From an uncultured Myxococcales bacterium (GTDB lineage: Bacteria; Myxococcota_A; UBA9042), in assembly GCA_903924465.1 (NCBI GenBank), contig CAIYBN010000145.1, forward strand, positions 83,715 to 147,714: 64,000 nucleotides of DNA. The letters run 5' to 3'. Below, in pieces: positions 36,940 through 46,225 of this stretch (within the stretch, counting starts at the first letter, position 1; every line of letters starts with the position of its first letter). The position numbers were made by a program, and so were the translations under genes. The notes under the pieces are model-generated. The model saw only the letters and a program-made list of their open reading frames with translations. It ran no database searches and was not told the origin of the DNA.

Positions 36940-38088
36940 ATGGTCAGCGAACTCATCAGCCAACGCTCGTGGGCAACCGAGGCCGGCACCCGGCGCTTCG
37001 TGCGCTATCACGCCGACGGCAAAGCCGACGATGCCTACGCGGACATTTTCCGCATGCGCCTGAGCACGATCGGCGTGGGCACCTATCTGGGCGCGGCAAC
37101 TGACGAAGTCGACGCGGCATACGAAGCCACGATCATCGACGCGGTCCGCCGCGGCATCAATGTCATCGACACGGCGGGCAACTACCGATGTCAACGCGGC
37201 GAACGGGTGGTCGGACGCGCACTCAAACTGCTGACGACCTCCGGCGAAGTGTGGCGCAGCGAGCTCTTTGTCGCCAGCAAAGCCGGCTTTGTGCCCTTTG
37301 ACGGCGCGCCGCCCGCGGACAAGGCGGGCTGGATGCGCGATTGCACCGTGCGCCGCGGATTGGCCACGGAGGACGATCTGGTCGGCGGCTGCCACTGCAT
37401 GACGCCGGCGTACCTGCGCGAAGCCCTGGATCGCAGCCTCAACAATTTGGGCCTGGAAACCCTGGACGTGCTGTTCCTGCACAACCCCGAGACCCAGCTC
37501 CAGGTGTTGGACCGCGCGACGTTCGAGGATCGCCTGCGCTTGGCCTTTGAGGCGCTCGAAGAGGCGGTGGCGTCGGGCAAAATTCGCGCGTATGGCCTGG
37601 CTACCTGGTCAGCGTTGCGGGCACGGCCGGATGAGCGCGATCACATTTCCTTGGCCCGCATGCTGGAATTGGCGAGTGAGGTCGCAGGCCTGCGCCACAA
37701 CATGCGCGCGGTGCAGCTGCCGGTGAATCTGGCGATGCCGGAAGCGCTGACGCGGGCCAACCAACCCGTTCGCGGCCACATGCTGCCGGCACTCGATGCA
37801 GTGCGCGAATTGGGGCTGCTGGCGCTCGCATCGGGACCGCTGCTGCAAGGGCGCCTGGGGCGAGCCTTGCCGAGCCACGTGCCCACGCTGGAGGGCGCCG
37901 AGACGCCCGCGCAACACGCGCTGCAATTTGCCCGTTCCGCGCCGTCGGTGACCAGTGCGCTGGTTGGCATGGCTTCGGTGCAACACGTCGCGGAAAATAC
38001 CCGCGTGCTGACATGGCCCAAGGCGTCGGCCCAGTGGTTGCAAGCGGCGATGGCAGATCACCCGGGCGCCGGAATGGCGGCACGATGA
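36940..38088 (+). CDS. Aldo/keto reductase
   Basis: STIGVGTYLG, GINVIDTAGNY...GERVVG, FVASKAG, SLNNLGLETLDVLFLHNPE, GKIRAYG, ALQFARS. Confidence 0.9.
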   Translation: MVSELISQRSWATEAGTRRFVRYHADGKADDAYADIFRMRLSTIGVGTYLGAATDEVDAAYEATIIDAVRRGINVIDTAGNYRCQRGERVVGRALKLLTTSGEVWRSELFVASKAGFVPFDGAPPADKAGWMRDCTVRRGLATEDDLVGGCHCMTPAYLREALDRSLNNLGLETLDVLFLHNPETQLQVLDRATFEDRLRLAFEALEEAVASGKIRAYGLATWSALRARPDERDHISLARMLELASEVAGLRHNMRAVQLPVNLAMPEALTRANQPVRGHMLPALDAVRELGLLALASGPLLQGRLGRALPSHVPTLEGAETPAQHALQFARSAPSVTSALVGMASVQHVAENTRVLTWPKASAQWLQAAMADHPGAGMAAR

Positions 38089-38098
38089 TGAAAGGGCC

Positions 38099-38201
38099 GA
38101 TACGCTCCGACCGAAGTTGGAGATCAACTGTTTTCGATCCGCGGCGTGCCACCAGAGGTGCACGCTCGCGGTCCCAGTCCGAAATGCACCAGGTCTCACC
38201 G
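38099..38201 (+). repeat. Dispersed intergenic repeat (REP-like hairpin)
   Basis: 38101-38201 is 86/101 identical to 45189-45289 without gaps; identical 34-nt core GAGGTGCACGCTCGCGGTCCCAGTCCGAAATGCA. Confidence 0.85.
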
Positions 38202-38234
38202 ACGTAAGTGGATGCTCGACATGACTCAGCAGGT

Positions 38235-39620
38235 CTACACGGTGAGCTTGGCCACCAGCTGTTCCATGCCGTCCTTGGCATCCTTGAACAGCATCCGCGT
38301 CGACGGCGAAACGAACAGCGGATTGTCCACGCCGGCGTAGCCCGCGCCACGCGAACGTTTCAGCACCACCACGCGCTTGGCTTTCCAGACTTCCAGAACG
38401 GGCATCCCGTAAATCGGGCTCGTGGCGTCCGTCTGCGCCGCCGGATTGACGATGTCGTTGGCGCCGACGACGAAGACCACGTCCGTTCTGGGAAAATCCG
38501 CATTGATTTCATCCATTTCCAGCACGATGTCGTACGGCACGCTCGCTTCGGCCAGCAGCACGTTCATGTGGCCCGGCAGGCGGCCGGCGACCGGATGGAT
38601 GGCAAATCGCGTGTTCACGCCGCGCTTGCGCAGAATATCAACCAGCTGCTTGACGGCGTGCTGCGCGCGGGCCGCGGCCATGCCAAAGCCCGGCACGATG
38701 ACCACTTCCTTGGCGTTGCGCAGCTCTTCGGTCAGTTCGTCGATCGACGTTTCCGTCATGTCGCCGACGACCTTGGCGCCATTGCCGCCACCGGCTGGCG
38801 CGTCTGCACCGAAGCCACCGAAGATCACCGACCAGATCGAGCGGTTCATCGCCCGGCACATGATGGTCGAGAGAATCGCGCCGGAGCTGCCGACGAGCGC
38901 GCCGGTGATGATGAGCAGGTTGTTGTCGAGCATGAAGCCGGCGGCCGCGGCCGTCCAACCCGAGTAGCTGTTCAACATCGACACCACGACGGGCATGTCC
39001 GCGCCGCCGATCGCCGCAACCAGGTGCACTCCGAGGATGCACGCGAGAAGCGTCATGCCGAGCAGGAAGGGCAGCGCGCTCGTGCCGGCCATCGTCGCGA
39101 ACGGCACCACCATGAACAGCGACGCACTGAACATCAGCAGGTTCGCCAGATGGCGGCCGGGCAGCAGCAAGGGCTTGCCGGAGACACTGCCGCGCAGCTT
39201 CAGGAACGCCACAATCGAGCCGGTGAAGGTGATCGCGCCGATGAGCACGTCCAGCCAGATTTCGACGCGCTCGGCGACGTCCACCGCCGCATGGCTCGGT
39301 TCCAGGAAAGCCGCATAGCCGACGAGCACCGCGGCGAGGCCGACGAAACTGTGCAGCACCGCGACCATCTCGGGCATCGCGGTCATCGCAACGCGCTGCG
39401 CCATCGTGACGCCAACCGCCGCACCGATCGCCAACGCACCGATCAGAAACGCGATGTTATCCTTGCTGCCCGCGACGAGCATCGCCAGGATGGCCAGCGC
39501 CATGCCGACAATGCCGTAGCCGTTGCCGCGCCGGGCGGTCTCCTGCGAAGCCAGGCCGCGGAGCGAACTGATGAACAACACGCCGGCGATGACCCAGGCA
39601 AGCGTCTTGAAGACGTCCAT
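38235..39620 (-). CDS. pntB: NAD(P) transhydrogenase subunit beta
   Basis: MTAMPEMVAVLHSFVGLAAV, MPVVVSMLNSYSGW, IVPGFGMAAARAQH, AIHPVAGRLPGHMNVLLAEA, GANDIVNP. Confidence 0.96.
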   Translation of the reverse strand: MDVFKTLAWVIAGVLFISSLRGLASQETARRGNGYGIVGMALAILAMLVAGSKDNIAFLIGALAIGAAVGVTMAQRVAMTAMPEMVAVLHSFVGLAAVLVGYAAFLEPSHAAVDVAERVEIWLDVLIGAITFTGSIVAFLKLRGSVSGKPLLLPGRHLANLLMFSASLFMVVPFATMAGTSALPFLLGMTLLACILGVHLVAAIGGADMPVVVSMLNSYSGWTAAAAGFMLDNNLLIITGALVGSSGAILSTIMCRAMNRSIWSVIFGGFGADAPAGGGNGAKVVGDMTETSIDELTEELRNAKEVVIVPGFGMAAARAQHAVKQLVDILRKRGVNTRFAIHPVAGRLPGHMNVLLAEASVPYDIVLEMDEINADFPRTDVVFVVGANDIVNPAAQTDATSPIYGMPVLEVWKAKRVVVLKRSRGAGYAGVDNPLFVSPSTRMLFKDAKDGMEQLVAKLTV

Positions 39621-39665
39621 CGCATTTGGCACGAATACTTCCGTCGAAGTTGGCACGGGAAGCTC

Positions 39666-41315
39666 CTATTTGTGGAACATGCGCAACATGCGCCGGGTGA
39701 CCAGGAAGCCACCGCCGATGTTGATCGTCGCAAAGAGCACTGCGAACAGCGCGAGGATGGGTGCAGGCCTGGACAGGTCGCCATGCATGTGCAGCATGCC
39801 GCCGACGACGATGATGCCGGAAATGGCGTTCGTCACCGACATCAGCGGCGTGTGCAAGGCGGGCGTGACGCTCCAGATGACCTGCACGCCGACGAAGCAC
39901 GACAGGACGAAAATCGTCAGCTGTTGGGCAAAATGGTGCAAGCCGCTGGCGTCGCTGCCGGCCGTGCTCAGGCCCAGATAGGCAACCACCAGGATCGCCA
40001 GCGAAACCCATGTGAGCGGCGCCGTGCGGGCAGAGCCCAAGTGTTCGCGTGCAACCTTGCCGTGACCGTGACCGCTCGACTTGACCGGCGCGGGTGCGGC
40101 AACAGCAGCGACCGGCGCCGGCGCGGCTACAGGCGTGGCAGCCGGAGCTGGTGTGGACGCCGCAGGTTTGGCCGGCGGCGGCCACGTGATGGCGCCCTGA
40201 TGCGTGACCGTCGCGCCACGCACGACTTCGTCGTCGAAATCAACCTTCCAGCCTTTGGCGCCGCCCATGTCGGTCAGCAAGTGCACCAGATTCTGGCCGT
40301 ACAGGTTGCTCGCCGTCGTCGGCAGGCGGCCCGCGAGGTCCGTGTAGCCGATCACAATCACGCCGTTGTGCACGACGACCTGGTCGGCGACCGTCACGTC
40401 GCAGTTGCCGCCCGATTCGGCCGCCATATCGACAACAACGGAGCCGGGCTTCATCAGCTCGACCATGTCCTTGAACCACAGCTTGGGCGCCGGCTTGCCA
40501 GGAATCAGCGCCGTCGTGATGACGATGTCGACTTCCTTGGCCTGGGCGCGGAACAGCGCATATTCGGCTTCCAGGAACGCGGGGCTCATTTCCTTGGCGT
40601 AACCACCGCCGCCGTCGCCGTCTTCCTTGAAGGTGACTTCGAGGAATTCGCCGCCCATCGACTCGATCTGCTCGCGGACCGCGGCGCGCGTGTCAAACGA
40701 ACGGATGATGGCGCCCAAGCCCTTGGCCGTGCCCAACGCCGCCAGACCGGCGACACCAGCACCGATGACCAGCACTTTGGCCGGCGGAACCTTGCCCGCG
40801 GCGGTCATTTGGCCGGTGAAAAAGCTGCCGAAACGGTTCGCGGCTTCCAGCACGGCGCGATAGCCGGCGATGTTGGCCTGCGAGGACAGCGCGTCCATCT
40901 TCTGGGCGCGGCTGATGCGCGGGATGCATTCCATCGCCACAACGGTCAGGTTGCGGGCGCGCGCGCGCTCCAGCAGCTCGGCGTTGCGCGCGGGATAGAA
41001 ATAGCCGAGCACCGTCGCGCCTTCACGCACGAGATCGACTTCATGCGCGCCCAGATCGTCGCGTTGGCGCAACGGCCGCAGTTTCAGCAGCACGTCCGCG
41101 GCGGCGTAATGCGCCGCGATGTCCGTCGCAATGGTCGCGCCGGCCTCGACGTATGCCGAATCGCCAAAGTTGGCAGGCAAACCCGCGCCGGATTCCACGG
41201 CGACGTCAAAGCCGAGCGCTTTGAGCTTGCGCACGCTGTCAGGCGTTGCGGCAACTCGGGTTTCAAGGGGCAAAGAATCGGTGGCGAGGGCTTCACGCAC
41301 CACGGCAATGCGCAT
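39666..41315 (-). CDS. pntA: NAD(P) transhydrogenase subunit alpha (single chain)
   Basis: ETRVAATP, RISRAQKMDALSSQANIAGYRAV, GAGVAGL, ITTALIPGKPAP, VTPALHTPLMSVTNAISG. Confidence 0.96.
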   Translation of the reverse strand: MRIAVVREALATDSLPLETRVAATPDSVRKLKALGFDVAVESGAGLPANFGDSAYVEAGATIATDIAAHYAAADVLLKLRPLRQRDDLGAHEVDLVREGATVLGYFYPARNAELLERARARNLTVVAMECIPRISRAQKMDALSSQANIAGYRAVLEAANRFGSFFTGQMTAAGKVPPAKVLVIGAGVAGLAALGTAKGLGAIIRSFDTRAAVREQIESMGGEFLEVTFKEDGDGGGGYAKEMSPAFLEAEYALFRAQAKEVDIVITTALIPGKPAPKLWFKDMVELMKPGSVVVDMAAESGGNCDVTVADQVVVHNGVIVIGYTDLAGRLPTTASNLYGQNLVHLLTDMGGAKGWKVDFDDEVVRGATVTHQGAITWPPPAKPAASTPAPAATPVAAPAPVAAVAAPAPVKSSGHGHGKVAREHLGSARTAPLTWVSLAILVVAYLGLSTAGSDASGLHHFAQQLTIFVLSCFVGVQVIWSVTPALHTPLMSVTNAISGIIVVGGMLHMHGDLSRPAPILALFAVLFATINIGGGFLVTRRMLRMFHK

Positions 41316-41463
41316 GGCAGGCTCCGGGTTCGCGTTCCTGAGGACGCAGACTGGACGTAGAAACGCGCCGTCCAGCGGGGCCAAGAGTGTCGTCCACACC
41401 GCCGAAAACGTCAACGGCGGAGCGCTTCACTCTGTCACAGAAGTGTCTCGCGAACCGGAAGGA

Positions 41464-42999
41464 TCAGGTCGGCGTGCACGCCGTCTTGGCGGCCGGGCAC
41501 TGATTGGTCGTGCACGTGTTGATGCACGCTTGGTCGGACTTGCACGTGCTGTCGCAGGCCTGATGGCAGGTGCTCCAGGCTTCGAAATCCTTGAAGCCTT
41601 GGACGGATGCGGCGCTGTAGCAGCCGTTCTGACAAGTCCCGACGTCGCCGCCGGTCTGGTAGCAGTTCTGGACGCACGTGGTCGTCTGCGCGCAGTCTTT
41701 GGTGCCGCTGGGGTTGTAGCAGGCCACGGCTGTGTCGACGCATCCCGGCGCTGACTTGCCCATGCAATTCAGCATCGCGTAGGCGGTGGTCGCGGTCGCA
41801 GTCGAGCCTTTCTTGACGCAGGCCATCACGCACTTGATGTCCGGCGATTGCCCAGGGCCACCGCTGCAGCCCATCGCGCAGCCGATGACAGCCGGACATG
41901 TCGCGGTTCCATTCGGCGCGATGCACTGGATCATGCTGGCGCTGCACGCCGGGTCGCTCTGATCGCAGCCGATTTTGCTGAACAAGAACTTGTCCGCGTC
42001 GCTCGTGGTGTTGTGGAGGCAACTGAACATACAGGTCGGATCGTTGCCGCCGTTGCCGCAGCCCATGACGCAGACCAGCGCCTCCTCACACGTTTGCGTG
42101 CCCGTGGGCGCGAGGCAGACAACGAGTTTGTCTTCGCAGCCCGCCGTCGCAGTGATGTCCTTGCCGAGACACGGCGCAACGTCCACGTAGGCGTTCTGGC
42201 CCGCCTGGGTCATCTGGCCAAAGCACGCAATTGCACAACCGAATTGGTCTGTCGCTTGGCTGCAAGCGCTCAGGCAGCCCATGGAATCGTAGCAGCCCTT
42301 GGGACCGGTCTTGCCGTCGACAAAACAACCGAACGTCTCCTTCATGCACGCCGCGGTCGGATCGCCGTTATTGGGCGCGGTGGCCATGCAGTCTGCAAAA
42401 GGCTTCGCGGCGGCTTTGCCAGCGGCGCTGATTTTCTCGTAGCAGGTCTGCAAGCAGCTCATGACATTGGTCTTGCCGGCGTTGCAGGTGTCGAAGCAGG
42501 TCTTCACGTCGCCGCAGCCGCCGGTCCCGGTCTTGCCGTCTTCAATGCAGTCAAAGATCTTGGGCATGCAGCGCAGGGACGTGCAGTCCGCCATGCAACC
42601 CGTGTCGGTGGAGCCTTTGCACTGGCCCTCGACGCACTGAGCTTGGACGCAGGTCAACAGCGCGGTCGCCGTCGGCAAGGCCGCTGGCGCGCCGCCCGCG
42701 ATGCACTCCGACGCACAGGAGCTTGCCGTGCTGTTGGCACATGCGGCCTGTGCGCAATCCGTGATGGCTGCGCAGGTGTTGTATTTGTAGGACATCGTGT
42801 CCGTCGGCGTCCCGTCGCCACCGATGGTATCTCCGGACTGCACGTCGCTTCCCGCAGTGTCATTGCCCAACGCATCGCTGCCCGTCGCGTCCTGATCGCC
42901 AACGACGGCGTCATCGGTGGAAGTCGCGGTCGTCGAATTGCCGCATGCGGCGGACCAGGTACACAGACTGAGCCAAAAAACCACGCGCATAGTCTTCAT
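41464..42999 (-). CDS. Lipoprotein with six helical Cys-rich repeats
   Basis: WSAA-C-G lipobox, Asp-rich linker, repeated C-x5-C-x3-C...C-x3-C units. Confidence 0.75.
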   Translation of the reverse strand: MKTMRVVFWLSLCTWSAACGNSTTATSTDDAVVGDQDATGSDALGNDTAGSDVQSGDTIGGDGTPTDTMSYKYNTCAAITDCAQAACANSTASSCASECIAGGAPAALPTATALLTCVQAQCVEGQCKGSTDTGCMADCTSLRCMPKIFDCIEDGKTGTGGCGDVKTCFDTCNAGKTNVMSCLQTCYEKISAAGKAAAKPFADCMATAPNNGDPTAACMKETFGCFVDGKTGPKGCYDSMGCLSACSQATDQFGCAIACFGQMTQAGQNAYVDVAPCLGKDITATAGCEDKLVVCLAPTGTQTCEEALVCVMGCGNGGNDPTCMFSCLHNTTSDADKFLFSKIGCDQSDPACSASMIQCIAPNGTATCPAVIGCAMGCSGGPGQSPDIKCVMACVKKGSTATATTAYAMLNCMGKSAPGCVDTAVACYNPSGTKDCAQTTTCVQNCYQTGGDVGTCQNGCYSAASVQGFKDFEAWSTCHQACDSTCKSDQACINTCTTNQCPAAKTACTPT

Positions 43000-43029
43000 C
43001 GATGCCTCTCCAATGTCGGGGAATTGCGG

Positions 43030-43362
43030 TCAACTACCGCTGGCGCATGCGACGCATTCGCGGGCAAACGGAAGGGCCCGCAGTCGCTGGACGGGAACCT
43101 CATCGCCACATGTCGAACAGAAGCCATAACTGCCCATTTGCATGCGCTGCAGAACTGCAAGGATCTCAGCATATTCCTTTCGCATCGCCGCGTCCAATGC
43201 TTGCAAAACGTCGTCGTTCTCGGTCGATACCGCCTGCTCGGCAAAGTCTGCTTCCAGCGGTTCATGGGTGTGGCGCAGACCGTCTTCGACGTGGCCAACG
43301 CGAAGCTCCAAGTCCAGAAGCCGTTGCCGCAGATTGATCTCGATCTCTTGGTAAGTAGCCAT
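43030..43362 (-). CDS. TraR/DksA C4-type zinc-finger protein
   Basis: Coiled coil with acidic tip DFAEQA; YGFCSTCGDEVPVQRLRALPFARECVAC. Confidence 0.9.
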   Translation of the reverse strand: MATYQEIEINLRQRLLDLELRVGHVEDGLRHTHEPLEADFAEQAVSTENDDVLQALDAAMRKEYAEILAVLQRMQMGSYGFCSTCGDEVPVQRLRALPFARECVACASGS

Positions 43363-43443
43363 ATCTTGCCTCCGCACCCGCGACATCCGTTGGGAGGATA
43401 ACAGCGAACCGGGAGCGAACCAGCGGCGCCCGTCACGCCTCTG

Positions 43444-44043
43444 TCATGGCCGCCGATCGCGTTCGTTGCGGCGAACTGCGCGATCGCGGCGCCGGTCGGG
43501 ATCCAACAGACGCGAAAGCACGTCCGCACCCGTTCTGACCGCATCCGTCACCGCACCTTCGATCGCCCGTTGCATCTGCTGCTTCTGCAACTTGCGCTGC
43601 CGACGCCTCTGCCAACGCTCCGCGTCCAACGCGAGACGCTCGGGACTCGCGGCGAGCGCCCGCCAGCCATGCAGCAACAGACCGATCGCCCAACCGGACG
43701 CCACGATCCAGTGCCAGCCTGCCTGCGGGCTGACGCCCATTCCCGCTGTCGCCGCATCGATGCCCCACAGGCCGAGATTCACCGCGACATAGGTGATGAG
43801 GTGGCTGCGCAGGTGGTGACGGCGCTCGATTTGCAGCTCGGCCACGATCGCGTCGCGCGATTTCGTGCGGTCGACCTCGGCCACGGCGGCGTCAATTTCT
43901 GCCGCCGACAAGCCCACTTCGCGCGCCGTCTCAAGCAGCTGCGCGTGGCTCAGGTCGTCGTGGCCCGCACTCTTGGCCTGACGTTCGATGGCCCGGGCCA
44001 GAATCGCCTGCATCTCGTCGCGGTTGTAGTGACGCTCTGCCAT
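43444..44043 (-). CDS. 2TM-domain membrane protein
   Basis: N-terminal 'YNRDEMQAILARAIERQ' helix; HLITYVAVNLGLWGID...W..GWAIGLLLHGW (2TM-like); basic coiled tail. Confidence 0.7.
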   Translation of the reverse strand: MAERHYNRDEMQAILARAIERQAKSAGHDDLSHAQLLETAREVGLSAAEIDAAVAEVDRTKSRDAIVAELQIERRHHLRSHLITYVAVNLGLWGIDAATAGMGVSPQAGWHWIVASGWAIGLLLHGWRALAASPERLALDAERWQRRRQRKLQKQQMQRAIEGAVTDAVRTGADVLSRLLDPDRRRDRAVRRNERDRRP

Positions 44044-44057
44044 GGCATGGCCTCAAG

Positions 44058-45182
44058 TTACGGGCGGTTGAACCATTCGCCAGGATCCGCCGGCTGACCG
44101 TTGTGGCGAATCTCAAAGTACAGATAGCGACCCTTGAGCGAACCGGACTGGCCGATATCGGCGATCCGTTGGCGCGCCGGGACGACTTCGCCGACGACGA
44201 CGCGGATGTTCTCCAAGTGTGCGTACACCGTGTGCCAACCGCGACCGTGGTCGAGGATGACAGTGTCGCCATAGCCCGTCAGCCAGCCGACGTAGGCCAC
44301 GCGGCCCCAGAACACCGCCCGCACCGGCGCGCCGATCTGTCCGCCAGCGGCCCGGTAATCCAGCCCGCGGTGCATCAGGATCGTGCCGAATTTCGGGTGT
44401 TTGACCTCGCCAAACCCCACCTCGACGCGCCCGGCCACCGGCGGCAACAGCTTGCCTTGGGTCTGCGAAAACGTGTACTTGCGCTCCTGCCATTCCTTCA
44501 GCGTCGCGACCTTGCCGGCCACTTCGCGGCTCGCCGCGTCCAAATCCCGCGCCAGCCGTTCCGCCGTCTTCTTGTCCTCATCGATTTGCACAATCAACGC
44601 CAGCTTGTCGCGCCGTTCCTGCTCTGCCTGCCATTTCTTGTCGTGCAGTTGCAGGTCCAGTTGGTTGAGCGCGCCAAGCGCCGCATCGCGGTCCTTGGTC
44701 AACGCCTCCTGGTCGGTCAGACGCTTGGTGTACTCGCGCAGTCGCGCGCGATCGTCGACAATCAGCCGCCGCAGCAGGCGATCCTTGACGATCGACTTGG
44801 CAAAATCGTCCGTCGACAACGCAAACCGCAGCGAAGGCAGCGCTTCGATCCGGGCCAGCGCCCGCAGCCGCGCTTGCACGGCCAGCCGCATCTTCGCCAG
44901 CTCCGTCTCCGCCTTGGCGCGCGCATCTTCTGCGGAAACCAGCGCATCCGTCGCTTGGGCGCGTTGCACGGACAGCTTGACGATCTTGTTGTCGTTCTCG
45001 GTCGAATCGCGGTCCAGTTCGTCCAGCGCAGTCAAGAGCCCCAGCTCCGTATCCAACTGCTTGGCATAGCGGTCCAGCAGCGCCTTCTTCTCCGCGCCTT
45101 CCAAATGCGGCGGCTGCGGCAACGGTTGTGCGTGGACGGTGAGCGCCGTGCCCAGGATGGCCAAAAGCCACACGCGTTTCAC
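44058..45182 (-). CDS. envC: Murein hydrolase activator EnvC family (coiled coil plus degenerate M23 domain)
   Basis: Signal peptide, long coiled coil, HRGLD, YAHL, and RYLYFEIR in place of PHLHFEIR (HxH lost); downstream of ftsEX. Confidence 0.8.
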   Translation of the reverse strand: MKRVWLLAILGTALTVHAQPLPQPPHLEGAEKKALLDRYAKQLDTELGLLTALDELDRDSTENDNKIVKLSVQRAQATDALVSAEDARAKAETELAKMRLAVQARLRALARIEALPSLRFALSTDDFAKSIVKDRLLRRLIVDDRARLREYTKRLTDQEALTKDRDAALGALNQLDLQLHDKKWQAEQERRDKLALIVQIDEDKKTAERLARDLDAASREVAGKVATLKEWQERKYTFSQTQGKLLPPVAGRVEVGFGEVKHPKFGTILMHRGLDYRAAGGQIGAPVRAVFWGRVAYVGWLTGYGDTVILDHGRGWHTVYAHLENIRVVVGEVVPARQRIADIGQSGSLKGRYLYFEIRHNGQPADPGEWFNRP

Positions 45183-45186
45183 GGTC

Positions 45187-45313
45187 TATACACTCCGCCC
45201 GAAGTTCGAGAACAATCCTTCTCCAACCGTGGCGTGCCACCCGAGGTGCACGCTCGCGGTCCCAGTCCGAAATGCAACTGGTCTGACCGGCAGAGTTTGG
45301 TATTGGAAATCGG
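45187..45313 (+). repeat. Dispersed intergenic repeat (REP-like hairpin) filling the ftsX-envC gap
   Basis: See the 38099 copy; occupies most of the 140-bp spacer. Confidence 0.85.
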
Positions 45314-45322
45314 TCCGCATGT

Positions 45323-46225
45323 TCATACCTTCAGGTAGCGGCCGACGGACAGCGTGCTCGCCGTCAGACCGACCGTTGGGCCACCCAGCACCAGCCACGC
45401 AATCATGCCCGGCGGCATCAGCGACCAGGACAGATTGAGCAGGTGAACATCCCGCACCAGACCGCGCAGTTCCAGGTGCAGAAGCCCGAGCAGCAGCATC
45501 GCCACCAGCGCGCCTGCCAAGCCTTGTAGCGCACCTTCGACCAGGAACGGCAAGCGAATGAAACTCGGCGTCGCGCCGACCAGCGACAGAATCTCGATTT
45601 CGTCGCGGCGGGCAAAAACACCCAGACGGATGGTCGAAAACACGAAGAACATCGCGCTCGCCAGGAGCACTATCGACAGCACGAGGCCGACCGTACGCGC
45701 GATCTCGACCAGCGCAAACAGCAGCCGCAGCTTCTCCGCGCCGGTCGGCACTTCATCCACGGATTTCACCGACTTCAGGCTCGCCGCCCACTTGGCCAGC
45801 TCTTCGACGTCACCGCGGCTCGCCAAATCCGCTTCCAGTTCCACTTCGAGCACGGGCTGGCCGGGAATCGCCGCCTCATCGAGGCCTTCCAACAGTTCGG
45901 GCGTCATCGCCTGCTTGTTGCGCTCGCGATCCTGCTGCGGCGTCAGGAATTTGACGGATTTCACACCCTTGCGCTGGCGAATCTGCGCTTCCACCGCCTT
46001 GATGTCCGGCGTCGTTGCAGCTTCCTGTAGATACACCGGAATCGTCAGTGATTCTCCAAGGCTATGCATCAGGTGGCTGGCATTGACCAGCACCATCGCG
46101 AACAGGCCCACCAGCGTCAGCGCCAGCGCGATCGTCAGCGCGCTTACGGCCGTCAGCCACGGCGATGAACGCACGAGCAGGAACGCTTGATGCAGCACAT
46201 AGCCAATCCGCGGGGCGCGTTTCAC
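45323..46225 (-). CDS. ftsX: Cell-division permease FtsX
   Basis: Four-TM layout; STIRLGVFARRDEIEILSLVGATPSFIRLPFLVEG. Confidence 0.92.
   Translation of the reverse strand: MKRAPRIGYVLHQAFLLVRSSPWLTAVSALTIALALTLVGLFAMVLVNASHLMHSLGESLTIPVYLQEAATTPDIKAVEAQIRQRKGVKSVKFLTPQQDRERNKQAMTPELLEGLDEAAIPGQPVLEVELEADLASRGDVEELAKWAASLKSVKSVDEVPTGAEKLRLLFALVEIARTVGLVLSIVLLASAMFFVFSTIRLGVFARRDEIEILSLVGATPSFIRLPFLVEGALQGLAGALVAMLLLGLLHLELRGLVRDVHLLNLSWSLMPPGMIAWLVLGGPTVGLTASTLSVGRYLKV

Noticed and set aside
38208-41360. 1050-aa plus-strand ORF
   Set aside because: Exact antisense of pntAB; no independent motifs.
44058-45182. Active M23 endopeptidase
   Set aside because: The HxH zinc motif is replaced by YLY, consistent with a non-catalytic EnvC.
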